Shown here: positions 13,550 to 25,424 of the stretch, in pieces
Numbering within the stretch: the first letter of the stretch is position 1
Layout: each line of letters starts with the position of its first letter
Origin: Octopus vulgaris
Taxonomy: Eukaryota
Direction: 5' to 3'
NCBI GenBank assembly: GCA_951406725.2
Contig: OX597817.1
Span: 119,040,001-119,104,000 of the forward strand
Length of the DNA stretch: 64,000 nucleotides
The notes under the pieces: generated by a model
What the model saw: the letters and a program-made list of their open reading frames with translations, nothing else
Databases searched by the model: none
What the model was told of the DNA's origin: nothing
Translations under genes and position numbers: made by a program

Positions 13550-13752
13550 CTTTCTTATTTTGAAACAAGGCAGGCAAATATGAGGGGTGGGGAAGTCGAT
13601 TACAGCGTTCGACTGGTACTAATTTTATCTACCTCGAAAGAATAAAAGGTAAAGTCGACCTCGGCAGAATTTGAACTCACAGCGTAAAGAGGAACGGAAT
13701 GCCACTAAGCATTTTTGCCCAGCATACAAACGATTCTGCCAGCTCGATGCCT
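13550..13752 (-). mobile_element. SINE family B copy
   Basis: AAAGTCGACCTCGGCAGAATTTGAACTC...CGATTCTGCCAGCTCG is the reverse complement of the family B head and core. Confidence 0.8.
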
Positions 13753-14152
13753 TATACGGAGATATCAATAATGTATTTAATTGTGCGCCGCATCTATTTG
13801 TATACCTCAGTCTTCATGCATGTGTGTTAACGTAACCATTTGTACAGGTATATAAGTAAATTAAAGGCATGTATACGTTTGCATGCAGCACACAAATAAA
13901 CTTGTTTTTTTCCTGTTTCAGGTAAATACACATTTTCGTATCTTTTTGTGTACATAGGTGTGTATAAACGCATGATTATATACGCTACAAGTAAATACGG
14001 GCATATATCCAGAGAAAATACAAACTGATACGTAAAAAAATACAAAAAGTCGCAGCCAATATAGAAAGTATGAACATGAAGAGGGTTCATCAAGCCTATA
14101 TAGTGAGTAACAATAAAACTATAAGCAGTTAATCTACATTCATTTGGCTTAA

Positions 14153-14551
14153 TCTTTATATATAAAAGAGAGGTTGTGTGCTGTCTGTCTCCTACGATTT
14201 AGATTCCTTACTCCCACATTTTTGCGGTGCAGTGTAACCAAAAGCGGGTATCTTATAGTCGTGATTCATATCGAGCCCTTCTGGGTATTAGCGCGCGTCT
14301 ACGATGAGTCTACGATTTTAAAAATAATTTACCATCATTTTTTTCCATTTTGATGCATTTTTTCGCTATTATATAAGGGAAGTAACTCTCTAAAAATGTC
14401 TACGATGAGTCAACGATTTAAAAACAATTTACCATCATTTTTTTCCCATTTTTAATGCATTGTTTTTGCTATTTTTTGGCTATAACTCTCTAAAAATGCT
14501 TATATAGTTATTTCCCTTACAAACCCGAGCAACGCCGGGCGATACTGCTAG
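14153..14551 (+). mobile_element. Non-autonomous Helitron
   Basis: 5' TC, 3' hairpin CCCGAGCAACGCCGGG followed by CTAG, inserted between A and T; internal ~100-bp tandem duplication. Confidence 0.85.
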
Positions 14552-14956
14552 TATAAATATAAAGATGACTTTTTGTTAGGACAATTTTGACAATTATAAA
14601 GCTGTCAGGATTACTGCAAAAATTACTGCAATCATAAAGATGTTGGGATTACTGCGAAACCTCAAGCAATCCAATGTAATCCTACTTATGGTTGGTAAAT
14701 TAGAAGAATACAGTCTGATTACATAGTGTTTAAATAAAGGGAATTCTCTGGATGTGTTAAGTGGAAAGTGTTCCGACAATGCATGGGCCTCCTTCAAAAC
14801 CAGAAACGTTGAGATGAATCCCACATAGCAATAGTTTTAAATTAATATTCCACGGAGTACATTAATTTAGCCAAGTTGAAGAAATTTCAAAATAAATGTT
14901 TTATACCGTATTTTCAATGCAAAGCAATTTTGTTCGCTTTTATCAAAATTAAAAAG

Positions 14957-14989
<33 letters not shown>

Positions 14990-15426
14990 GATTTCTGGCC
15001 CTTATCGACCTGTATTTTTCATGCTGCTCTTCGTGGTTCAGAATTTTAACAAGTTTAAACTGTATCAAATAATAATTTTTATGGAATTATTTTTATACAG
15101 CAAGTTTCGAAATGTTTTGGAAATATGCCCATACAGGGTTAAGACAAACTTCATTTTCTTCTTGTTTCGACTATATGCATGTGTAATATGGCTGAATGCC
15201 AAATAAAACATATATTCTGAAGGCGAATGTAATTCTACGAAATTTAGACGCACGTCGGGAAAAAAAACTAAAAAGAACATTTTGCAACAAAATATACACT
15301 TTATGAAAGAAAACAAAAAAATCTGTGGACAGCAGCACTGTTGTGGGCGATTCTCGTATCAGGGTTGATAAAAACAATGAAAACAAGCATATTCTCTCTC
15401 TCTCTCTCTCTTTCTCACTCACACAC

Positions 15427-15459
<33 letters not shown>

Positions 15460-16641
15460 CGCACAAATATAGACATATAAATTATGCTAAACGAAAATAC
15501 CTTTGTATCTTTTGATGTTTTATTTTAGGAATTTAAGCGGAAAACCAGTCTCGTCTTTTGCAAGTGCTCTTTGCCATAAACGAATAATGGACAGAAAATT
15601 TAGATCAAAGAAACACGATATAGTTTCAAATATTATTTAAAAAAAAAATTTAACTGCATCTCCATCTGAAGATGTCACACAGGTGCGCGAGAGAAAGAAG
15701 ATACTCAGATAAGTATTGATGAATTCAGAGGAGCTCTCCTTGTACCAGCCAAAGATCAGTTGGAAACAATCCTCGTCGATATGTGAAGTGATATCATCCA
15801 GAAATGGCGGGAAAGGACATATCACACAACAGGTTTTCTTTTTTGAAACTGAGAACGTAACGAGGAGACAAACTAAGTTATGATACACGTCTCCACAAAG
15901 ACAACTTTTGGGACTAATAGATACGAATATCACCGTAAACGACATCGATAACGGCGTTAACCCCTGTTTTGTAGTTTGTTTCAGGACACAGAACGGGCAG
16001 GCGACTACTAACAGAACCACAAACAATTCTAGAGTTATGCTTTGTAGTGGCTTGCTGGGAGAAAAGCTTTATGACTGGTCTTGAATCAGAAAATCCGATA
16101 TTAGATATGATTGATTGATTCTAGTTTCAGCTCAATAGCTGTGGCCATGCTGGGGCACCGCCATTTAATATATAAGTTCAGGTACAGACATGGCTGGGTG
16201 GGAGGCAAATTTATTCTCGACTCTGCAGTGGGATTGAACCTGAGACCACATGACTGAGAAGCAAGCCTCTTTACCACACAACCACTCCTGCACCTATGTA
16301 ACAGTATGTAACAGATATGTAACAGTATGTAACAGATATGTAACAGTAAAAGAAATTTAAGGACTTTTTCATTAGAAGAGTTGAAAAACTTTAATTATTG
16401 CGTGATTCTTTCCAAAATAATTATACACCTATTATGTTTTATTTGATTTATCCTTTCTTCTGTTGGCACAAGGCCTGAAAATTTTCCTTTGTCGGGTGTT
16501 AAATCGACCGCGTTCAACTGGTACTTATTTTATCGGTCCCGAAAGGATGAAAGATAAAATCAACCTCAATGAAATGCCGATAAACATGTTGTTCGGCACG
16601 CTAACGATTCTGCCAGCTCAGATGTTTTAATTGTTTTAATG

Positions 16642-16675
<34 letters not shown>

Positions 16676-16754
16676 AATTAATTATTATTATTAGCTGTTA
16701 TAATTATTGTCAAGGGCTAGCACGTTTTATTTCATGTTCAATTCTTCCCCGCTC

Positions 16755-16794
<40 letters not shown>

Positions 16795-17307
16795 AGGCAG
16801 TGGAACTCTTGACTCCAATCCGAATACTTTGGAAAAATTAAGGTGTTGCTTTTGAACATTTTTTTAAATACATTATTATGTAACATTCTTCGTCTGAAGC
16901 AATAACAAGAAGTGCTAACCGTCTAGGTGATAGTTATGTACATGCCTTTAGAAGAAAAAACAATTTTTTTAAAAGACGAAAAAAAAAAACCAACATTGAA
17001 TATAGCAGGCAAACAGGTGTTAACTATTAACGATAAAACAATATCACTTATAATGTTATAATGTTAACAGCAATGGCGACAACCTTCCCAGTATTCCTTG
17101 CTGCATTATGTAACGTCGCGGCTTTTTAGCATTTCATGGCCGATAAAATAGTAGCAATCAACAATAGGTCGATGTGATTAACTATGTCAGAGCGTACAAT
17201 TTGTGACTTTGGTCTCCGTAAGAAATCACTAACACCTAGCCACTATCATCATCAGTTTCTCTAGTTGACGACACGAACTGATATTTGTTCAGCCTTATGA
17301 CATCACC

Positions 17308-17686
17308 ATGTGGAGGCGCAATGGCCCAGTGGTTAGAGTAGCGGACTCGCGGTTTCGATTCCCAGACCGGGCGTTGTGAGTGTTTATTGAGCGAAAACAC
17401 CTAAAGCTCCACGAGGCTCCGGCAGGGATGGTGGTGATCCCTACTGTACTCTTTCACCACAACTTTCTCTCACTCTTACTTCCTGTTTCTGTTGTACCTG
17501 TATTTCAAAGGGCCGGCCTTGTCACTCTTTGTGTCACGCTGAATATCCCCGAGAACTACGTTAAGGGTACACGTGTCTGTGGAGTGCTCAGCCACTTGCA
17601 CGTTAATTTCACGAGCAGGCTGTTCCGTTGATCGGATCAACCGGAACCCTCGTCGTCGTAACCGACGGAGAGCTTCCATCCATTCC
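17308..17686 (+). mobile_element. tRNA-derived SINE, family D, full length with TSD
   Basis: TGGCCCAGTGG A-box, GTTTCGATTCC B-box, (TCCA)n-like tail; 11-bp TSD ATGACATCACC at 17297-17307 and 17687-17697. Confidence 0.9.
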
Positions 17687-18480
17687 ATGACATCACCGAT
17701 CACGCAAACTTATATTCAAGGACGTTCCAGCAGAAACAATTTCAAGACATCAGGTTGTAATTTGAGGGAGTTTGGCTTCTATTTTTCAAAAGAACAAGCG
17801 ACCGCGTAAAGCTTATCTCGTCGGCTCTTCCCTACTGACAGCTGTTAATAATAGCATCAAATAAGCTAATTAAAATACTGAATCATTGTGATAAGAAGTA
17901 AATAAGTAAAGTACTTATCTACTGTTTCCATAGCTTTCAGCTGATGAGCGGTAAGTACCTACCTGGATAGGATGCTAGTTAAGCATAAATTCTGTTCGAG
18001 CTGGAAATTTTGAACTCATTAATGAAAACCAACGAAATATTCTTCAGTTTTACAGTGCTATCTCTACTTACGGCAGCGGATCATAAGCACTCTTTCATTG
18101 AATTATATCACCCCCATCCAAGGTACCTATTTAAAGCTAACTCGAGAGAGTCTACCGAATCACTAAAGCTGCAGGAAATGGTAACCAAATTTCCCACAAA
18201 CCACCCCCTATCGTCTTAACTGAGGGAAGGCCGTATTAGATAATGTAGTCCTATGTACTTCTACAAAGATGGGATGGCTACGGATGGACTGCCTTTAATT
18301 ACTGTTACGCTTGATTAGGGTTGTTCAAGGACTAAACAACAGCTTAAAGTTTCGTAGAATTGGCCTGGATTGCTATCAATACAATGCAGTGCCGGTGACG
18401 AAATATGAACCTCAGAACTTTTCTTTTTCTTTGTATGCACTGTCAACCACTCTGTCTATTGCATGGTATTAAGAAGTGCG

Positions 18481-18710
18481 GTGAGCTGGCAGAAACGTTA
18501 GCACGCCGGGCGAAATGCTTAGCGGTATTTCGTCTGCGTTACGTTGTGAGTTCAAATTCCGCCGAGGTCGACTTTGCCTTTCATCCTTTCGGGGTCGATA
18601 AATTAAGTACCAGTTACGCACTGGGGTCGATGTAATCGACTTAATACCTATGTCTGTCCTTGTTTGTCCCCTCTGTGTTTAGCCCCTTGTGGGTAATAAA
18701 AAAATAGGTA
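18481..18710 (+). mobile_element. tRNA-derived SINE, family B, young, with TSD
   Basis: TGGCAGAAACG and GAGTTCAAATTCC boxes; central GCCTTTCATCCTTTCGGGGTCGATAAATTAAGTACCAG resembles the Meta/MESC SINE domain (from memory); 16-bp direct repeat at 18465-18480 and 18707-18722. Confidence 0.9.
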
Positions 18711-20789
18711 TTAAGAAGTGCGCAACAAGAGAAAACGAAAAACTAGAAATATAAAACGAAAGTATCCTCTGTACGACTGAAATCATTTAAATATATCGAG
18801 AATATCGGTAAGAAATAGATTAAGTAAGAAAAGACGAAAAAAAAAAAAAAAAGAAAAAGAGATTCATGAAACCCATATGAATTATTCAACTGAACAAAGA
18901 TTATTTGAGGAGAAAGAAAAAAGCGAAATTTAAAGAAACTGAAATCGTTGTTAACCTGCAAGTATCTTTCAACGTATATAAAAAGTTTGGTTCAATTCAG
19001 AGAATCAGATTTAACTAATAATGAATGTAAACATTGATAACATAAATAACGGGAATATTTTCATTATCATACAGAAGAATTGCCATGCTTTGCTTTGGCG
19101 GGTGGTGGGTGCCCCAAACTCCTGATGAAGTCGTAGTGATGTTTCGAGATATGCAGCGTGTCATGAGCATTTTGAAACCATTCCACTCCAAATCAGACAG
19201 CAGCAGTTTTCTAACACACATTCAAGGCACACACACACACAAACTAAGAGAGAGGAGGAGGGTGGGGAGAAGATTAATACTTTATTTATCGACCCCTGAA
19301 AAAAAAAATGAAATGCAAAGTTGACTTCGATGGTATTTGAAGTCAGTGCAAGGTAATCTGCTTGATGCTCTAATGACTCGGCTAAAATTCACCTTCTAGA
19401 AGAAGCCTTATAAAAGCTTTTACACGGCAGCCAAGAAGAAAAATATTAAGTGATGCCAGCAATGAATAAGGAACCGAAAGTAAACGTATAATGCTACGGC
19501 AATGGTAATGTTAATCCAGTCTTCACAGAATAGAAGAATAACAGAAAATACAAGATGCTCACTTAGGTGATGAAAGAGATTAAACGGGACGGAATATGGC
19601 AGGAATTAAACAACCAAGAAAAATTAACATATAACTGTCATCGCTACGGTATTTATTTATATGGATTGCAGTAATATAATGGAGGTATATTCATGGCTAT
19701 CTATACACACTGCCTTTTTCAAACTTTTCATCCTTTGCTCCTCGGTAAAGTAAACTACCGTATTTATTCGTGTATAATGCCAGAAATTTCATAGAAAACC
19801 AGTATCAAAATTGGGGAGTAGCATTATAGTTGAGTGGACACAGAGAGAAAGAAGCTAGAATAGATTATATTACTAATTTCTAGATAAAAAAAAAAAATAA
19901 TAATAAGCGGGAGTTACATTATATTCGATTCGGTATTGTACTTGAGTAAATGCGGTTATAGAATGTTGTCGTGAATCTTTTATGACATTCCAGTGAATAC
20001 TGTGAATGTTTTCTCCTCTTGTGTATAGATTATTATAAAGTAAGATAAAGAAAACAGAACACCGACATTTTTATTTTTTTATATTTTTAACTCAGAGCTG
20101 GTCGTATTGAAATTATTAGTTATATGATCTATACGATAGACTAAATGTCTTGGTGGCTAAGAGCTGCTTCAGGCTGAAGAAGAATGAAAATGTCGTTTTT
20201 CTCTTTCTACATTTCATTATTCTACTAATTCTTGTTTTTTCTTTATACATAAAGAGAGCGTAGCCAGCTAGTATAGGAGTTCTTTGTTGCTGTTTCTTTT
20301 TAGTATTATATATTTTTTACTACTTGGTGGCTATAGTGATAAAAAGTGATAGGTTGTTTCAATGAAATAATCATCACTTGCTAAAGACTAGAGTGAATGA
20401 AGAGAAAACGACAGCCTTCGGGTAAGTTTCACAGAAAGTGGGTTCCTAAGAAGAAGAAATGATATAGGTGAATGAACCTAGTCTACAGCTTCATCTAAAT
20501 TGCATACCTTACAATTTGCATCGTACATCTTAGAAATTGTTATAGCTTTTTCACAAAGTCGTTTTAGTTTCTTTGCTCTTGGCATAATTATGGTGCTATT
20601 TGAAAGTTCGATCCTACTGCGTAACACCTCACGTAAGTGACTTCTCCTATAGCTTTCGCTCAGGTTTGACCAATTCATTGGAAGTATTATTCGATAACTA
20701 AATTTGTAAGAAAGCTCCATAGTTTATGCGTGTGTAGGCGTTCACGGGTGTGTGTGTGCGTGTTTATTATACACAGGTAGAAAACAGTA

Positions 20790-21391
20790 ACCCCACCCAC
20801 CCCACCCCCACACATTCCAACCCCACCTTTCCTATACTTCCTATCGAACCCCACCACAAACACCTACTCCCACATATCCCACCTCAACCCCCATCCACAG
20901 CCTAGCCCATACCCCACCCTTGCTTTCCCCACTCTCACCTCCTCCACCTCCCAACACCGTCACACCACCATACCACACAACACATCACATCACACCACCA
21001 CCCACACACTAGCACTGACCACTTCCCAGCCCCACATTTTCACTTACACATACACGCACGCACACGTCAAGGTCACCAGCCCTCTTCCACGCACATACAT
21101 ACTCTCTTATACATACGCACGCGCACCTTCATTTTGGGATCACCACTACTTTATTATCTCCTCTTCTTCCTAGATCTCCTGTGAGACCCTTCTGTCTGGC
21201 ATTCGCCATGATAAATCGCTAGCTACTACACATTCTTTATTTTCTCTCCTTGCTTTTTGTATGTTCCTTTCTGTGAAAGAGCGTAGGCTCGAAACGTTAA
21301 AGACTTATTCACTTCCCGGGCGTTAAACTAATACATCTGTTTGTTGTCTACACCACCTGTCTTCGTCTTTTGTTATTTTTTTGTGAATTCT

Positions 21392-21395
<4 letters not shown>
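20790..21395 (+). mobile_element. Probable Penelope-like element 3' end (C-rich tract, HHR-like motif, ends in (TA)n)
   Basis: C/CA-rich region, then cttt-CTGTGAAA-gagcgtaggctc-GAAA-cg-TT-aaag; decayed homologue at 36240-36477. Confidence 0.6.
21267..21302 (+). ncRNA. Minimal hammerhead-like motif, core degenerate
   Basis: Stem I CTTT/AAAG, stem II GAGC-GTAG-GCTC, GAAA, palindromic ACGT stem III; CUGANGA replaced by CTGTGAAA. Confidence 0.55.
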
Positions 21396-21434
<39 letters not shown>

Positions 21435-21691
21435 TATACATATATACATATATATACACATACATATACATATATATACATATATATATATACATACATA
21501 CATATACATATATATACATACATACATATACATATATATACATATATATACATACATACATACATATACATAAATATACATACATACATATACATATACA
21601 TTCATATATATACATAAATATACATATATACATACATACATATATGTATATAAATAAATATATATACATACATACATATATATATATATAC

Positions 21692-21756
<65 letters not shown>

Positions 21757-22106
21757 TACATACATATTTATATATACATGCATACATATACATATATATA
21801 TATACATACATACATATATTCATTTGTTCTTGGTGACAATGGTGATGACCTATCTATAACGGTGATTCACTGTGCAGATGACATCGACGATATTATGACG
21901 GTAACAGTAAATAATGATGAAGTTGGTGACGATAGCTGATGAGGTGGAGAGGAAGGAGGACAGCGACAAACGGGCGATGATGTCTCTCTTTGCCTAAACT
22001 TCTTCAATCCACGAGAAATCACTTACTTTATTTAAACATCAAGATTAATGGCAGCAGTTTATTGGAACTTACGGCAGAAGAGAGAAAGCGAGCGAGAGAG
22101 AAAGCG

Positions 22107-22154
<48 letters not shown>

Positions 22155-22229
22155 AGATTTAAATTTATATACATTTAAATGTACTTCCAAACTATTAACT
22201 CTCAAAAGAAGCCTAAAACGTGAAATACA

Positions 22230-22266
<37 letters not shown>

Positions 22267-22632
22267 ATTACATGCACACGATCAATAGAATATAATACGT
22301 TTTTAACTTGCCTAGCTTTAAAATATTCTTCATAACAATACACATACACAGGCATTATATGAAGAAGCACACAGAAGGATATACAAACGCATTTATCCAT
22401 GTATGTGTATAGATATAATAATCATTTTTATCTTCTTTTTTATTTTAAGCACAAGATGTTTTTTTAAAGGTAGTTTTCTGTCGCAAAGAAGATATTTTCC
22501 ATCTATTCAGTGAAAATGCATTAGAAATAGATAAATATTATGTAATACGGTCGTTTTACAGTATTTGTCATTTCTTAACACTGGCTCCCTACCCATGAAA
22601 TCTCTTTTTTAACCATCTTATATCATATGCAA

Positions 22633-22695
<63 letters not shown>

Positions 22696-22977
22696 CGTAT
22701 ACGCACACATACACTCTCACTGACATGCCTATGTATATATGTATCTATGTATGTGTGTATGTATGCATGTATGTATGTATCTGTTTTTTTTTTCTCAATA
22801 AATTACTTCTCAATAACAACACATTTATTTATTCACACTCCCGCGCTTGCACAAATAAACACAGTTTGAGTTTCAAACGCGAAATGCATCCTTAGATCTC
22901 TGTAACCATATCACTGGAGGAACGTTAATAATATCGGACCAGGCGCTCGTGCGCGTATGTGTGCGCGCGTATGTATG

Positions 22978-23023
<46 letters not shown>

Positions 23024-23244
23024 GCATTATCAGAGCCAAGCAGTGTTTAGGCATAACCGAGCTTTAGGTTAGCTGAAATATGTTTCTGACATTGCCTTTA
23101 GAAGTAGAAATATGTCACTAAAATGTTTTAACTACCCTAAAGTTCATATAAATATATATAGTTTGTAGAAATACATAGATACAGAGGAGAAGCACACTCT
23201 AAGGTGTAGAGCAGTTCATATTATTGTGGGGTAGGCCGGTTTAT

Positions 23245-23305
23245 GGGGTAACCCTGGGTTTCTCGCTCATAAGGGGTTTAGCCTTATGGCGTATCTTCAG
23301 ACCCC
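23245..23305 (-). ncRNA. Type I hammerhead ribozyme motif, intact core
   Basis: Minus: ggggt-CTGAAGA-tacgccataagg ctaaacc ccttatgagcga-GAAA-cccaggg-TT-acccc; 5-bp stem I, long stem II, stem III ACC/GGT, GUU site. Confidence 0.78.
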
Positions 23306-23322
23306 CAAGCACTGCTCTATTT

Positions 23323-23383
23323 GGGGTCTGAAGATACGCCACAAGGCTAAACTCCTTCTGAGTGTGAAACCCAGGGTAACTCC
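23323..23383 (+). ncRNA. Type I hammerhead ribozyme motif, intact core
   Basis: ggggt-CTGAAGA(23328-23334)-tacgc...gtgt-GAAA(23366-23369)-cccaggg-TA-actcc; GUA site; stem I has one G.U pair. Confidence 0.75.
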
Positions 23384-23769
23384 ATAAACCGGCCTACCCA
23401 CTATAATATAGACCATTTTACCACCTTAAATACAATATAGCGTGTTATTCTCAGTGATTTTACGGTGGTAAAAAGGACTTCAGCGTCTATTTCTTGCAGT
23501 GCATGGTGAGGCATAAAGCTGATCCCTAGTTATAATCATGTATATAAGTATAAAATATTATATATATATATATATACATATATACACATATTAATAATGA
23601 AGGGTACTACTTGTAGCACCAGCATGCTAAAGATAGCAGTCAAAACGACTCAAAATCACAGTTTTTACTTGTACACAAGAGCGAAATCGAGGGAACAAGC
23701 AGTAAGATTTTAAGACCCCGTACCATAGGTGTAAAAAATCGAAAATGAAAATAAGACAAACCCATATCA

Positions 23770-23882
23770 CAGTAATTTCAAACTTTGTGAATGATCACTT
23801 TGTTCTTATCAGTAAGTAATACCCTTGGCTCTGGGTCAGTATTACTCATTGACAAGAACAAAGTGATCACTCACAAAGTTCG
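23770..23882. repeat. Fold-back (~41-bp arms) with decayed HHR-like motif on the minus arm
   Basis: Arms ~23781-23822 and 23839-23880 differ by 4 transitions; minus arm reads CTGATAA-gaacaaagtgatcattcacaaagttt-GAAA; stems I and III are poor. Confidence 0.65.
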
Positions 23883-24103
23883 CCCTTCTTCCTTTAATAT
23901 AATTATATCCATCAGTATATAATGATTAATTTAACATATAAGTTACCTATAAACTTTTATTGCAGGCTAGCTACCTGATAAAAATCATTAACATGATTTT
24001 ATCCTTATATTCTAGTATATATATATATAATAAAATTCAGTTGGTTGGAGCATTTTAAGAGATACTAAAGTTATCAAAAACTTGACTGTCAGATAAACAC
24101 ATT

Positions 24104-24145
24104 TGAAATCTGATGAGTACACTATCTATGAAAGTGCTAATTTTG
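24104..24145 (+). ncRNA. Minimal type I hammerhead motif, intact core, inside a ~180-bp (TA)n-flanked insert
   Basis: tgaaat-CTGATGA(24110-24116)-gta cactatc tat-GAAA-gtgc-TA-attttg; stems are weak (several G.U pairs). Confidence 0.6.
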
Positions 24146-24216
24146 TTAAAATACCATAATATAAAACGTGAAAACCAGACTGTTTTAACTTGATTCAACT
24201 TTTATATATATGTGTG

Positions 24217-24254
<38 letters not shown>

Positions 24255-24405
24255 ACTTATAAATAAGGGCAAACGAAAAAATTTCTAATGCCAAATATGC
24301 CGAAAATTGGACATATTGTCCATTTACCATATAATTTTTTTCCAAGTATGCATGCTACTTGAAAAAAGATCGACAGAAATCTCTAAAAAAATTCCATTAT
24401 TACCA

Positions 24406-24459
24406 TATCGGACCGATTTCAGGGTTAGTTCAAAAAGAACCCTCTCTTCATCAGCGATA
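24406..24459 (-). ncRNA. Type I hammerhead motif with 4-nt insertion after A9
   Basis: Minus: tatcg-CTGATGA-agag-agggtt...aaccct-GAAA-tcgg-TC-cgata; perfect 5-bp stem I, 6-bp stem II, GUC site. Confidence 0.65.
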
Positions 24460-25047
24460 CATGTGGCAAATATATATATATATGTAGTGGATCTTGCATG
24501 CATTAAGTAGATTCGATCCACTACAGCCAAATTTAAATTAACACTGCAACAGAACTTTTCCCACGATCGAACAATGGTTTTTCTCTGACAGCAGTTTTAC
24601 ATCTTCCAGATGCCTTTAGCTAGGCCCGAAATAATGTCTTCATCACTTGACCCTTTCTAACCTCTTCTACTTTGATTTTTTTTTTTTTAGCATAATGTAT
24701 TCTAGACAGCATTATTCTAGATAACAAATCCCTTCCAGGTTTGAATCAGTGGAATGTGATTTGATGAACAACTAGCTGCCTTTCTTAGCATTTCAAGTAA
24801 CTGTATAGCAGCTCTCTTGTAGGTGTATGTGTTGCTGTTCAGCTCTCTATAGTGTTTCTTACCACTTGTTAGTTCTCCACCTTTTAGAGTGTTTGAAACA
24901 GTTTATTCTTTTATTTCTATGTAAATATATATATGAGGGAAGCATGCCTATGTGTTTTCCTCCCCACACTACTAGATAACCAGTGTTAGTTTCTTTACAT
25001 CCTGTCACTTAGCCATTTAGCAAAAGAAACTGATAATATGAGTACTA

Positions 25048-25303
25048 AAAAAACAATAAACATCGCCCTTTTCAAGCCTAGCCAGACTCATGGGCCCGGT
25101 TTCCCTGTTTCTGTGGCATATGTGTTCCCCCCACCTGGACGGGACGCCAGTCCATCACAGAATGCGCCCTTTTTAAAGCCTAGCCAGGCTCACGGGCCCG
25201 GTTTCCCAGTTTCAATAGCGTATGTATTCCCCAGCTGGATGGGACACCAGTCCATCACAGCATTACTCATTTTTGCCAGCTGAGTGGACTGGAGCAACGT
25301 AAA
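25048..25303 (-). mobile_element. SINE fragment with internal ~96-bp duplication, nested in a family A 3' half
   Basis: 15-bp TSD ATAATATGAGTACTA at 25033-25047 and 25304-25318; 25064-25160 repeated at 25165-25260. Confidence 0.8.
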
Positions 25304-25424
25304 ATAATATGAGTACTAGACTGAAAAAAGTACAGAAGTACAGGGTTTCAGTGATTCAACTACACCCTTCAGGACAGTGCCCTAGTATGGCCACAGTCCA
25401 ATGACTGAAACACAAAAAAATAAA

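Larger units (their letters stand above)
23220..23409. mobile_element. Fold-back element (~89-bp arms, ~11-nt loop) carrying two divergent HHRs
   Basis: 23220-23308 is the imperfect reverse complement of 23320-23409. Confidence 0.85.

Noticed and set aside
15660-16020. Possible decayed DNA-transposon protein (KKD...HP...IS...F.FLK)
   Set aside because: Many stops and frameshifts; no family could be assigned by eye.
17308-17380. tRNA-like A and B boxes here and in other SINE heads
   Set aside because: No full cloverleaf or T-run terminator; continuous with SINE bodies.
23085-23125. CTGACAT...GAAATATGTC, possible HHR relic
   Set aside because: Two core mismatches and no stem I; too decayed to call.
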